From Octopus sinensis (lineage: Eukaryota): a DNA stretch of 64,000 nt. The stretch lies in NCBI RefSeq assembly GCF_006345805.1, contig NW_021834783.1, forward strand, positions 4,484 through 68,483. Direction: 5' to 3'. Below, one piece after another: positions 23,547 to 34,866 of the stretch (position 1 is the first letter of the stretch; each line of letters opens with the position of its first letter). The notes below the pieces were generated by a model. That model saw only the letters and a program-made list of their open reading frames with translations, searched no databases and was not told the DNA's origin. A program made the translations under genes and the position numbers.

Positions 23547-24523
23547 CGACTGGCAAATGTTTGTTGACACAAATGAAATAACTTAATTTCTGAAATAAAT
23601 TGAATCTCAGTATCACTTGCTATCCATTTAATCTTTCCAGCACTCAGTAAGAATAACATTTTCATGGAAATTTCCGATGTTATGTTAATACTCATAGCAT
23701 TTCTTTCAGCAATTTCACTTTCTTTTAATAATAGCCCAGTGAGATCTTTTATCTTTTACTTGTTTCAGTCAAGTCTGGCCATGAAGAATTTTCCAGTCAA
23801 ATGAATTGGACCCCACCACTTGTTTTGTTTTAGAGCCTAGTACTTATTCTATTGTTCTCTTTTGCCGAACCACTAAGTTACAGGGACATAAACACACCAA
23901 CATCAGTTGTCAATTGGTAGTGGCGACAAAAACACACACAAGCACAATATATCTGGTACATACACACATATATATATAGTTATGTGTTTGTGTCTGTCTG
24001 TCCTTCACTCACTACTTGATAACCAGTGTTGGTTTGTTTATATCACCATAACTTAGTGATTCAGAAAAAAGGTTCATAGAATAAGTACTAGGCTTATCAT
24101 GTGTGCGTGCGTGTCTGTTTGTCCCCCACCCCTGCATGACAACTGGTATTGGGGTGTTTACGCATCCCAGAACTTAACAGTTCGGCAAAAGAGACTGATA
24201 GAATAAATACCAAGTTTTTAAAAAATAGGTACCAGGGTCAATTCACTTAACTAAAATTCTTTAAGGTGGTTGCCCCAGCATGGCCACAGTTGTAATGACT
24301 GAAACAAGGGAAAGATATAAAATGACTGAGTTACTTTTTGAAAATATGTCTTCACATAGAGCAAATGAATCATCATTTAACGTCTGTATTCCATGCTGGC
24401 ATGGGTTAGACAGTTTGACAGGATCCAGTGTGTCCAAGGACTGTATCATTCATTTTTTACTTGTTTTAGTCACTAGACACACTGTCATTAATATATACAT
24501 ACATATATATATATATATATATA

Positions 24524-24905
24524 TTTAGCAAAGAAATAACCTAAAAGATAGTGGTTTTAGCAAAGAAATAACCTATACACCTGTCACTAGCCCAAAGATC
24601 ATCTGGTTCACACCTCCCTACTCACCCGAGGTGACCTTCAATATAGGCAAATATTTCTTAGCACTGATAGATAGACATTTTCCAGTCAACCATACTTACA
24701 GGAAGCTCTTCAGTAAACACAACTTTAAACCACCATCTTTTAGGTTATTTCTTCACTAAAACCTGTATGCGGGTATGTATGTAAAACGGTCTTTTTCCAT
24801 AGCTTTTTGCCGATGGCCGGATAACTGAAGAGATGGTGGTGTGGATTTCCACCTCAGCATCCGAAACTCAGAGTTTTATCTTGGCTACCGAATATTTGTC
24901 ACATA
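24524..24905 (+). mobile_element. Penelope-like element RT C-terminal fragment with inverted segment
   Basis: 24547-24729 encodes DSGFSKEITYTPVTSPKIIWFTPPYSPEVTFNIGKYFLALIDRHFP, the IIWFNPPYS...NIGK.FL.LID.HFP motif of Penelope-like RTs; 24727 onward is an inverted copy of the 24524-24556 region. Confidence 0.75.
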
Positions 24906-25049
24906 TTATATTATATGTGTGTGTGTGTGTGTGTACTTAAAAGTTTACAGATTTTTGATTGAATTTAGAGCCAGAACTGAAAGTTATGATGTTTTGTATA
25001 CAAATACATCTATGTGAGCAATGTGATTGAAGTTAGAAAAATAGGTATT

Positions 25050-25097
25050 GGGTGTAGATGCACATTTCAGAAGTTATTGCTCCTTCTTCAGTGTTTA
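25050..25097 (-). ncRNA. Second hammerhead motif, stem I disrupted
   Basis: CUGAAGA-AGGAG-CAAUAA-CUUCU-GAAA-UGUGCA-UC on the minus strand. Confidence 0.55.
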
Positions 25098-25175
25098 ATA
25101 TATAAATTGTTCTATCCAATAGTGTTATACCGCTAAACTTGGTGGGTATTTTAGCAATGTATTCATGGATAGTTA

Positions 25176-25243
25176 ATGGGTTGCATGTGGTGCTGACGAG
25201 GGAACAATAACTCTTGAAACATGCATGTCTGCCCTTAACCCAT
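25176..25243 (+). ncRNA. Type I hammerhead ribozyme motif (Penelope-associated)
   Basis: CUGACGA (25193-25199), stem II with CAAUAA loop, GAAA (25216-25219), stem III ACA/UGCA/UGU, GUC site (25227-25229), stem I with internal loop and AUGGGUU/AACCCAU extension. Confidence 0.7.
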
Positions 25244-25516
25244 TTTTCTGTCTTTGATCACATTGTTTACATAGATGTCTTCATATATAAAATGTTGTAA
25301 CTTTCAATGCTGGCTCTGGGTTGTATACAAAATCTGGAGAGAGAAAATTAAAAATGAAAACAATGCACTGCTAACACAAAAGCAGGACATAATATTGACT
25401 TATAAACCCTTAATGTATTTGCTAGCATCCAATAGTTGCAAAACAAAACACTGTGTCCTTACTAGCAATAAACACACAAACACACACACACACACATATA
25501 TATATACATATATATA

Positions 25517-26476
25517 CAGGGTTGGCCAAAAGTTACCTGACAGTAAACTAAAAGCATTTAATTCCAAGATTAAAACAAAAAAAATATTTTATATGAGACT
25601 AAGAAATAGACAAATGTTGGAGGAAAAGAAAAAACAGTGATTTTAACTCACAGCATTCATAATTGGAATGAATAAATAAGATTGAATATTAACTCTTCTG
25701 ATACCAACCTGGCTGAAACTGGCTCTGGCTCTGTAGTACAGATGTCTTGTTTTCATAAGTTCTGAATTAAAATCTTCCACCAAACCTTAGTCACAATTTA
25801 TGTTCCTAGCACTAGCTGAATGATAACTAAATTATTTGTTATCATCATCATCGTTTAGCATCCGCTTTCCATGCTAGCATGGGTTGGATGGTTCAACTGG
25901 GGTCTGGGAAACCAGAAGGCTGCACCAGGCCCAGTTTGATCTGGCAATGTTTCTACGGCTGGATGCCCTTCCTAACACCAACCACTTCGTGAGTGTAGTG
26001 GGTGCTTTTTACGTGCCACCGGCGCAGGTGCCAGACGAGTCTGGCAAACGGCCATGATCGGATGGTGCTTTTTATGTGCCACCAGCACGGGGGCCAGGCG
26101 AGGCTGGCAATGGCCACGAACGGATGGTGCTTTTTACGTGCCACCGGCACAAGGACAGTCAGGGCGGCGCTGGCAACGGCCACGAACGGATGGTGCTTTT
26201 TACGTGCCAGTCGGGGCGGCGCTGGCAATGGCCACGTTCGGATGGTTCTCTTACGTGCCACCGGCACTGGTAACTCAGCTGCAATTTCCATTGATCGATT
26301 TCGATTCTGATTCTCACTTGCCTCAACAGGTCTTCACAAGTAGAGTTTTGTGTCCCAAGAAGGGAAGGTATGCATTGTTATATTTATAATTAATTAAAAG
26401 AAACACAGAGAATCTCAACAGGGTTAAGTATTCATGGAATTTTGATTTACTGTCTGGTTACTTTTGGCCAACCCTG
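25517..26476. mobile_element. Tc1/mariner MITE containing nested insertions
   Basis: TA TSD; TIRs CAGGGTTGGCCAAAAG / CTTTTGGCCAACCCTG; contains a TTAA-family MITE that is itself split by an RTE 3'UTR copy (about 25843-26370). Confidence 0.75.
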
Positions 26477-27082
26477 TATTTATTTTTATTTATATATATA
26501 TATATATATAACTCCAAGAAAGTTAGAGGCTGTGAATCCAACCCACTAAGGGATAATATCTATCCAATATACTGCTGGTAGAATACCCAGTTATTAATAC
26601 ACAAGTGTTTTTTATTGCATTGCAATTACATTACCGAGTGTACTAAATGGGTGAAGATAAAGAGATATTTTACCATTAATTTATAAAGCAATAAGAAAAT
26701 GGAGGGGATCAATAGGTGGTTCATCAACTTTTAGACATTATATTATGTCAATTTATTTATTTATTTACTAAACTGATAATTACAATAATATACATACATA
26801 TAACATTATGCTTTACATATATATATATACTCTTTATCTTATATTAAACTTTTTAATACTTTTTGATAATTATATTTATTAAAAAAAAATAAAATTAAAA
26901 AAATAATAATAATAAAAATAATATATATATATATATATAAGTATAAATCAATAATTTAAATAATTTTTAAAACTTTAACTTTAAATAATTTAAATTTTGA
27001 ACATTATATTAATTATTTTTATTTCTGTGTATTGGTTTATGTTTTTCACTGTTTGATTTGCCTAATAGTGGTTTTATCTCTA

Positions 27083-27472
27083 ACTAGCAGTATCGCCCGG
27101 CGTTGCTCGGGTTTGTAAGGGAAATAACTATAAAGCACTTTTAGAGAGTTATAGCCAAAAAATAGCAAAAAAAATTGGGAAAAAAATTATGGTAAATTTT
27201 TTTTTGATAGTTAAAAAGGCCGAGTTGCGTCCCCTACACCATCTGCGGTTTGTGTTTCTGATTGTCGACCCCATGTCGAATTTATCGATCTTTTTCTGAA
27301 CTGGGGAAACTTTTCAAAATTTTCGCTGAGTTAGTTTTGAATTATGACATTGGGCTATGTGTGTGTCAAGTTTCATCAGAATCGGTTGAAAGCCGTGGTC
27401 AGAGTGAGGGTACAAACAAACAGACACACAGAAACACGCACAGACAAACTGCCGTTTATATAGAGAGAGATT
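27083..27472 (+). mobile_element. Helentron/HINE-like element
   Basis: ACTAGCAGTATCGCCCGGCGTTGCTCGGG ... TTTATATAGAGAGAGATT. Confidence 0.55.
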
Positions 27473-28151
27473 TAAAAAATATATATATATATATAATGGA
27501 TTTTCCTGTTGAAGATGACTTATGAGTGTAGTGTTCAGCTGTGTGCTGAATGACCTGCACCAAAGGGTTTGTTTATTGTGGTCAAATGTATGAGCTGTCC
27601 ATCAGCTCACTCCCTACATCAAATCAATTTAGCCTGAACAGGTGCATGGTGTACCACGCACCAGGTGTTGAAGTGATCACAGAGCAGAGTGAGACGAAGT
27701 GAACACAACCCACCGCCTGGTCTAGGAACTGAAACCATGATCTTGAGATTGTGAGCACAACACTCTAACCACTAGGCACCCATGCACCTTTACATATATG
27801 TGTGTGTGTGTGTGTGTTACTGCTGGTAGGGACACAGTATTTTGTTTTGCAACCATAATATACAACCAAATATATTAAAGGTTTATCAGTCAATACTGTA
27901 ATTTACAGAGAGAGAGAGAGAGAGGTAATGGTGTCAGTAAGACCCAAAGGGGTCAGGTAATGCTGAGTAAGGGCTATGGACAGACCATAGTTAGGCTCCA
28001 GGTTTGGTCATTGTGCGAATAAGGAGTCCAACGTAGGTCATATATCAGCATGTGTGTATATAAAAATCGTTTTTTTCAGAATGAGATAAAAAACCAAGGC
28101 TGTGAAGATTTTAGAACATTTATAAATAGGATAGATACACACATATATATT

Positions 28152-29013
28152 CATGGTCAGATCAATAAGTATTCAGACTGTTGCCATAGTAACGAAGCTA
28201 AAGCACCGCAGAATGAAGCCGTTTGGCACAGATTGACCTTCGACTCTGCTGGTGCATGTGCACTAACTTTTAACATTCTAGCTCACTTCTGCTGTTTACA
28301 GCAGTGCTTGGAAGGAAGGTGTGTAGCGTGGGATCATTGAATTGACCATGACAGAAAGTTGAGCAGAGAATCTGCATCAAATTCTGACAAAAGCTTGACA
28401 ATATCTGCTCAGAGGTCTGTGCAAAGTTTTCAAAAAGTTTTCCTCATTCTTGACACAATCGAGATCTTGTCCAACTGAAACCCGAGTGTCTTTTTGGTCA
28501 GCTGAAAGCAGTTTTGGCACAAACTTTGCAAACACATGTCTCATACCTAAATCTTGATTGATAATGAACTGAACTGAACCGTCACTAATCTGCACATCCT
28601 CTGATGACTCATGGATGGTGATTCAACAATTTCCCCTCACAACTGCATTCACATCTGTGATGTTTTTCTCTGTTCTGCTGGTTGTGGGTCTCCCAGAATG
28701 TTCATCAATATTGACATTTTTTCGGCCTTCTTGGAAATGTCCAAACCACTCGTACACTTGTGTGCAACTTTGTACAGACCTCTGAGCACGTATCGCCATG
28801 ACAACTTTCTCTGTCATGGTCAATGCAACGATCAAACGCTACACACCTTCCTTCAAAGCACTGCTGTAAACAGAAGAAATGAGCTAGAACATTAAAACTT
28901 AGTGTGCGCATGCACAACAGAGTGCAAGGTCAATCTTTGCCAAGCAGATCCACTCTGTGTGCTTTAGCTTTGTTTCCATGGCAACAGTCTGGATACTTAT
29001 TGATCAGACCTCG
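28152..29013 (-). mobile_element. Mariner (Mos1/Hsmar-like) defective element built from two inverted 5' ends
   Basis: TIR CGAGGTCTGATCAATAAGTATCCAGACTG; minus-strand transposase N-terminus (QVYEWFGHFQEGR...DEHSGRPTTSRT, LGMRHVFAKFVPKLL); left arm repeats the same 5' sequence (EQRICIKF) on +. Confidence 0.8.
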
Positions 29014-29117
29014 TATTTATCTTTGTATGTGGATATGATGTGTATGTTTACCTATATATATATAAAATATACTACAAATATAGGATCTCTTCAGATTAAA
29101 ATCTCACAGATTAAAAA

Positions 29118-29895
29118 TTTTTTTAACTAAACAGTTTTAAGCTTTGTATGCTGGTTTGATTTCTCACACTGAACATGGTTTGCTTTCAACATTTGTGACA
29201 AAATTTCACATTGTAGAAGTTATTTCGTGTTAAAGTTGTCTTATTTGGGTTATTTTAACCAATCAACAACTGAAGAAAACCTCTGCTGTTTGTGACTGTA
29301 ATCAAAGAACAACAACTTTTGAGTCGTCTCTACTAAATGTCACCAACTCTGTTCTATTTTATTCTTGTTTATTGTTTGTGTTGCATATTACAGGCCTTTT
29401 TTTTTTTTGCTTTTTGATTTTGTCCAACCCATGGAAAGCGGACGTTAAACAATGATGATGATGATTGCCTCTTTCTATGTGTGGTGAAAATGTAAATGTA
29501 CAAAGAGGCGATTGAAAAGCAAACAAAACGTGTAGTATGCAACACAGGCAGTAAACAAAAATAAAATGCAACAGATGGTGAAAATAATCGCAAAATTAAC
29601 TGGCAAATGTACAAGGAGGCGATCGCAAAAAAACACAAAGGGTGTGATATGCAACACAGGCAGGAAACAAGTGGTGACATTTAGTAGAGATGACCTGCAA
29701 GGTGTTGTTCTTTGATTACTATTGCAAACAGCAGTAGTTTTCTTCAGCTGAATACATGTCGTTGATTGGTTAAAATTACCCAAATATGACAACTTCTAAA
29801 ATATGAAATTTTGTCAAAAATGTTGAAAGTAAACCGTGTTCAGCATGAGAAATTACACCAGTATACAAAGTTTCAAACCGTTTAGTTAAAAAAAA
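29118..29895. mobile_element. Foldback element with approx. 225-bp imperfect inverted arms
   Basis: 29118-29345 is the reverse complement of 29672-29895. Confidence 0.65.
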
Positions 29896-29909
29896 AAAAA
29901 ATCGATCAC

Positions 29910-30008
29910 TCCAAGTATAGAGTTTGTACACAGTGTTATTGAATTGAGGATTTTATTTAAATAAAACCCTCAATTCAATAACATTGTATACAAACTCTTA
30001 TACTTGGA
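29910..30008. repeat. 99-bp near-perfect palindrome without a spacer
   Basis: TCCAAGTATAGAGTTTGTACAC...TTTATTT/AAATAAA...GTATACAAACTCTTATACTTGGA. Confidence 0.85.
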
Positions 30009-30184
30009 ATGACCAATTTTAAATACTATTGGAACTTACAAGGTATTGGAATCTTATATGTATACCATTCTGCCTAAAAAATGGATTTACAGGTGTGAGT
30101 GAAACTAAAGAGATCCTAAATATAATTTTTTCTTTGTTGTTTCAGCTCAGAGCTGTGGCCATGCTGGAGCACCACCGTTTTATT

Positions 30185-30775
30185 ACACTGTTATTACTGA
30201 GAGCTTTCTCTAATATTTGGCATTTGGTGAAGAATGGAGTTTGATGTAGATAGCCTCATTTGCACCTCTTGCCGTGAGGTAGGTTCATCTGGGACTCTCG
30301 ACAGGAAGAGGTCCAGCTTTGATTTTAAAATGCCTACATCTGCTTTGTGCAGGTTCCTCAGACTCTTTGGGAGAATATTAAAAAGCTGTGGGTCCCTGAA
30401 ACCCAGGCTGTTGCAGTAACTGGTCCTGAAGCGCGATGGCATTGCTGGGATCTTTGGCACCGTGCAGTGTCAACCTGTTCTGGCATTGGTGTAACTTTCA
30501 ATACCAAAATTTGGCACAAATCCTTCCAGATGTATATTACTGCATACCTCTCCTACCTTTGCTCCGAAGAGTAGAGTCTTAGCTGTTTCAGCCTTTCCTA
30601 GTAGCTGAGCTGTTGCAAAGAGACAATCTTTTTTGTGAAGCTTCACTGGATTGCTTCAAGGTCCGCTGTTAACTTTACATTGTTAGGTGACCATAGGTGG
30701 GAGAAATAATCCAGGTGGCTGATGACGAATGTCCTCCAGAGGACCATCATGGTTTCCTTATTTCTGGTTCTGAAT
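30185..30775 (-). mobile_element. CR1-like LINE RT 3' fragment
   Basis: CNSLGFRDPQLFNILPKSLRNL...KSKLDLFLSRVPDEP and upstream SY.ERLKQLRLYS remnants with stops. Confidence 0.75.
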
Positions 30776-31065
30776 GTAATATAAGATAAGATAATATAAC
30801 CAATTTTCACAAATTTAACCAGATAAAGCCAATAATTTGTTTTGACTTATATACATTATTTGATTTATAAACAATTCATATCTATGTATACATGTTTCTT
30901 CAGACCCTTGGTTCCAAAAGACAGACGAAATTCCATGTAAAAGGACTGCTAAATTGTAAAATAATACTGATTCAAAATACCTATGTTTAGGGGCGTGAGT
31001 GTTAACAATTCTAAACATAAATACAACAAAAAAACAAAATTCAAATGGATAAATTAATTCTTTCA

Positions 31066-31450
31066 TTCATTTACTTGTTTCAGTCATTTGACTGTGACCA
31101 TGCTGGAGCACCGCCTTTAGTCAAGCAAATCAACCCCAGAGCTTATTCTTTGTAAGCTTAGTACTTATTCTATTGGTCTCTTTTGCCAAATTGCTAAGTT
31201 ACGGGGACATAAACATACCATCGGTTGTTAAGCAATGTTGGGGAGACAAACACAGACACAAACATATACACACTCACACATATATATACACATATACAAC
31301 TGGCTTCTTCCAGATTCCATCTACCAAATCCACTCACAAGGCTTTGGTAGACCCGATGCCATAGTAGAAGACACCTGCCCGAGGTGCCATACAGTGGGGC
31401 TATGACCATGTGGTTGGTAAGCAAGCTACTTACCACACAGCCACTCCTGC
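31066..31450 (-). mobile_element. SINE family 2
   Basis: Full-length match to the 52129-52512 copy. Confidence 0.8.
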
Positions 31451-32147
31451 ATCTAACTGAGTAAAGAAAATTTATAACAGTCAAAAATGTTATAGATCTC
31501 CAATAAATGTATTTAAATCGAAAGGCATCACAGCCATTTTAATGATATATAATAATAATATGTAAACATATTAGCAAATAAAGTATCAATGTTTTACTTA
31601 GTTTTATTGATGGATTAATCGTGTAGATCCATCATCATCATTGTTTAATGTCCGCTTTCCATGCTAGCATGAGTTGGATGAATTGACTGAGGACTGGCGA
31701 ACCAGATGGCTGCACCTGGCTCCTATCTGATCTGGTAGATGGATGCCCTTCCTAACGCCAACCACTCCGAGAATGTAGTGGGTGCTTTTACATGCCACTG
31801 GCACAAGGGCCAGTCAGGTGGTACTGGCAATGGCCATGCTCAAATGGTGTTTTTTTATGTGCCACCTGCACAGGAGCCAGTCCAGCGGCACATTATCTAG
31901 GATGCAGTGTTTTTTTTTTTATTCATTTATTTTCCAAATTTGAATGTGATGCAGTCACAGCCCTGTTGTTAAGAAGTTTGGTCCACAATCACAAAGTTCT
32001 GGGTTTAGTCTCATCAGTTGGTACATTGGACAAATACTTTTTTCAGGAAACCTTGGGTCAGTCCCTTGTGAGTCTACTTCGGTGGGTGGAAACTGTGTAG
32101 AGCCAATCAAATAATGTATTTTAATTACTATATTACAATGGGTGTAG

Positions 32148-32557
32148 TTAAGGCAGTGAGCTAGCAGAAATGTTAGCACACCGGACGAAATGCGTAACCG
32201 TATTTCGTCTGCCGTTATGTTGTGAGTTCAAATTCCGCCAAGGTCGACTTTGCCTTTCATCCTTTCGGGGTTGATTAAATAAGTACCAGTTACGCACTGG
32301 GGTCAATATAATCGACTTTATCCGTTTGTCTGTCCTTGTTTGTCCTCTCTGTGTTTAACCCCTTGTGGGTAGTAAAGAAATAGGTATTTCATCTGCCTTT
32401 ACGTTCTGAGTTCAAATTCCGCCGAGGTTGACTTTGCCTTTCATCCTTTCGGGGTTGATTAAATAAGTACCAGTTACGCACTGGGGTCGATGTAATCGAC
32501 TTAATCCGTTTGTCCTCTCTGGGTTTAACCCCTTGTGGGTAGTAAAAGAAATGGGTT
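32148..32557 (+). mobile_element. Dimeric SINE family 1
   Basis: Head plus two body units (unit starts 32200 and 32384). Confidence 0.8.
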
Positions 32558-34209
32558 ATAAAGGAAGATAGATAAAAGTAAATAAAGCCGCGGCTGAAGG
32601 AGGCGCGTCGGTAAGAGAGAAGGTGAGTGTTAGAGAATTACGATTAGTAAAGGTGGAAGCTAGTTTGTGCAGTAAAAATTATGACGATTTCATGGAGTTG
32701 GAGAAAGTTTCGTAGCATTTGCGATAACATTCAAAAATTATGTCAGAGAATCGATTTAGCTTAGAGGTCTTGTGGCGAAATATAGTGAGCGGTACGTGGC
32801 AACATACTGGACAAACGCACCAATCTGCTGTCCGAGGAATTCCGCTGCAAACTATGGAACGGGACAGATTATAGAGTATGTCCTTATAGGGTATGTGGAT
32901 TGCGATGGATGTAGAAAACGAGGTAAATTTTCAGATTAACAGGTGTGCACGTTAGCGTTGCTTAAAATGAATCGTGGTTCCGATGTAAAACCTGTAATGA
33001 CGTGGGCATATGGTTGTAACTATACATTTAAGCACATTATGGTACAAGCAATTCGTTCAATGGACACTTTTGGAGCATCGCTATCTGCCGAATCAAATTT
33101 AAGCTAATCTAGACTTAACACTTTGTTTTTTTAGACTTTTAAGCTCCTCTAGAGTGAATGAATTCCCATCTCTTGGATAATTTCAGTGTTCGACTTTGAG
33201 CCCTACAATTTCTGATTTGTACTTAAAAAAATACTTCTTCCAGGGGAGACTAATCTTTATAAACTACTTGTCCGGGTTATCTCCCTTGCTCATTCTTTTT
33301 TTTTTTTTTTGCTTAATTCGATAATTTTTTATTTAATTCTAAGCAGAAGTTTTCAACAGGTAGGTTGTATAGGTAAGATCTAGGTTACAGGGTATTTACG
33401 TACAAATATTGCCACCAAACCCAGCTGTATGAAACTCAAAATAACTGTAGTTGATTCTGGAACAATGAAACTTAAAATACCTTGAGGTATCGGGTCCACA
33501 CACACAACAAACACACACACGCACACACATAGGTAATCGTTCCGTAAGTCAGGGATGATATTGAAATAAACATGGGAGAAGCCTTTGAAGACAGAAGACA
33601 GTGATAAGGATGAATAACACGGCAGGGAAATTGAATTGAGCTCAAAACAGAGAATACGATTGGTTAAAATTCGAAGAATTAAACTACGTAAAAGTTACAA
33701 AATACATTTTTCTCAAAAAAACTAATTGAAATTAATGTTTTCTTTTGACACATTCTACCAGTATACGAAGTTTCAAATTATTTAGTTAAGTAGAAAATTC
33801 TGTCCATCTTTTAGAAAAGATCCCAAGCTACAATACTTATTTACACAAATAGTTACGTAACCAAAGTTTACTCTTGAAATTACGTTGTCTGCTAATGAAT
33901 TAGGAGCCGCTCCCCCCTCCTAAAACGAAACATCTTGTCTAAACCACAGCGCTCCGCTGATAAAGTGCTTGTTTGCAGCTATTGCAATCACGTGGTTCCA
34001 GGTTTAGTCCCACAGCGCGGCACCGAAGGCACGTTTTTTCCTTTCGCCCTAGGAGACTAGTACCTTATGGGTGAAGATGGTAGGCAGAAACCGGGTGGAA
34101 GTCTGTTGTATGTATATTTGTTCTCTACTGCTTGAGAACCTGTTTATGTTTGTTTACGTCCCCCGTAACTTAGCTATTCGACAAGAAACCGATAAAGTAG
34201 GTACTAGTG

Positions 34210-34388
34210 CAGTGGTTTTCAACCAGGGTTCCGCAAGAAGTTACAAAACTGCTAAAATCGGCAGTAATTTTTAATTCTCCTGTGCAGATATGTGTGCATA
34301 AGGCTATTAAATTATTGCACAGGGGTTCCTCGAGCCAGTAGAATGTTTCCTTGGGGTTCCGCTCCAGCAAAAAGTTTGAAAAGCACTG
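34210..34388. mobile_element. hAT-type MITE inserted into a SINE
   Basis: TIRs CAGTGGTTTTCAA / TTGAAAAGCACTG; 8-bp TSD TACTAGTG / TACTAGAG. Confidence 0.75.
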
Positions 34389-34689
34389 TACTAGAGATTA
34401 AAGAAAAAAAATCAGTACTGAGTTTATTTGTTTGACTAAACCCTCCAAGGCGGTGCCTCAGAATGGCTACCGTCCAATAACCGAAACAAACAAAGCGTAA
34501 AATTACAATCTTAAATGTTTGTCCCTCGCTAAATCCGAATCTGTGCCCCTTTTTTACCTTTCCCCAACTGATAATGAGTTATTATTTCAAAATAACGTAT
34601 TTTAATATATGCCTAACTATAAAAGTAAAACAGGAAACAATTAAAGTCCTTAATTTACAAATAGAAATATTAATTCCAAGTAAACAGAG

Positions 34690-34866
34690 TTCTTAATTCA
34701 GTCACAAAGTTTTATTTCTTTCAACGACATTTCAGCATTTAAAAAAAGCCGCTCTTCCAAAACGAGGCTTACATATTACTTCCGGTTCATAACCTCTTCT
34801 TCCGGTAGTTTCTTTCATTCAAATCTTGAAATCTCCACCGTTCGAAGTCGTAACGGATTCTACGAG
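34690..34866 (+). promoter_or_regulatory. Putative NUP35 promoter and first non-coding exon
   Basis: Two ETS-like CTTCCGG motifs, CpG-rich unique sequence and a strong donor GAG/gtaggt at 34867. Confidence 0.5.

Noticed and set aside
25953-26389. Overlapping ORFs and approx. 60-bp tandem units that look superficially like a CRISPR array
   Set aside because: The units are subrepeats of the RTE 3'UTR with no unique spacers and no cas genes, in eukaryotic context; the same holds for ORFs at 42397-42712, 47437-47999 and similar
26760-27030. Extremely AT-rich stretch resembling a mitochondrial control region (NUMT)
   Set aside because: No mitochondrial gene or tRNA motif recognised; more likely low-complexity DNA or poor base calls
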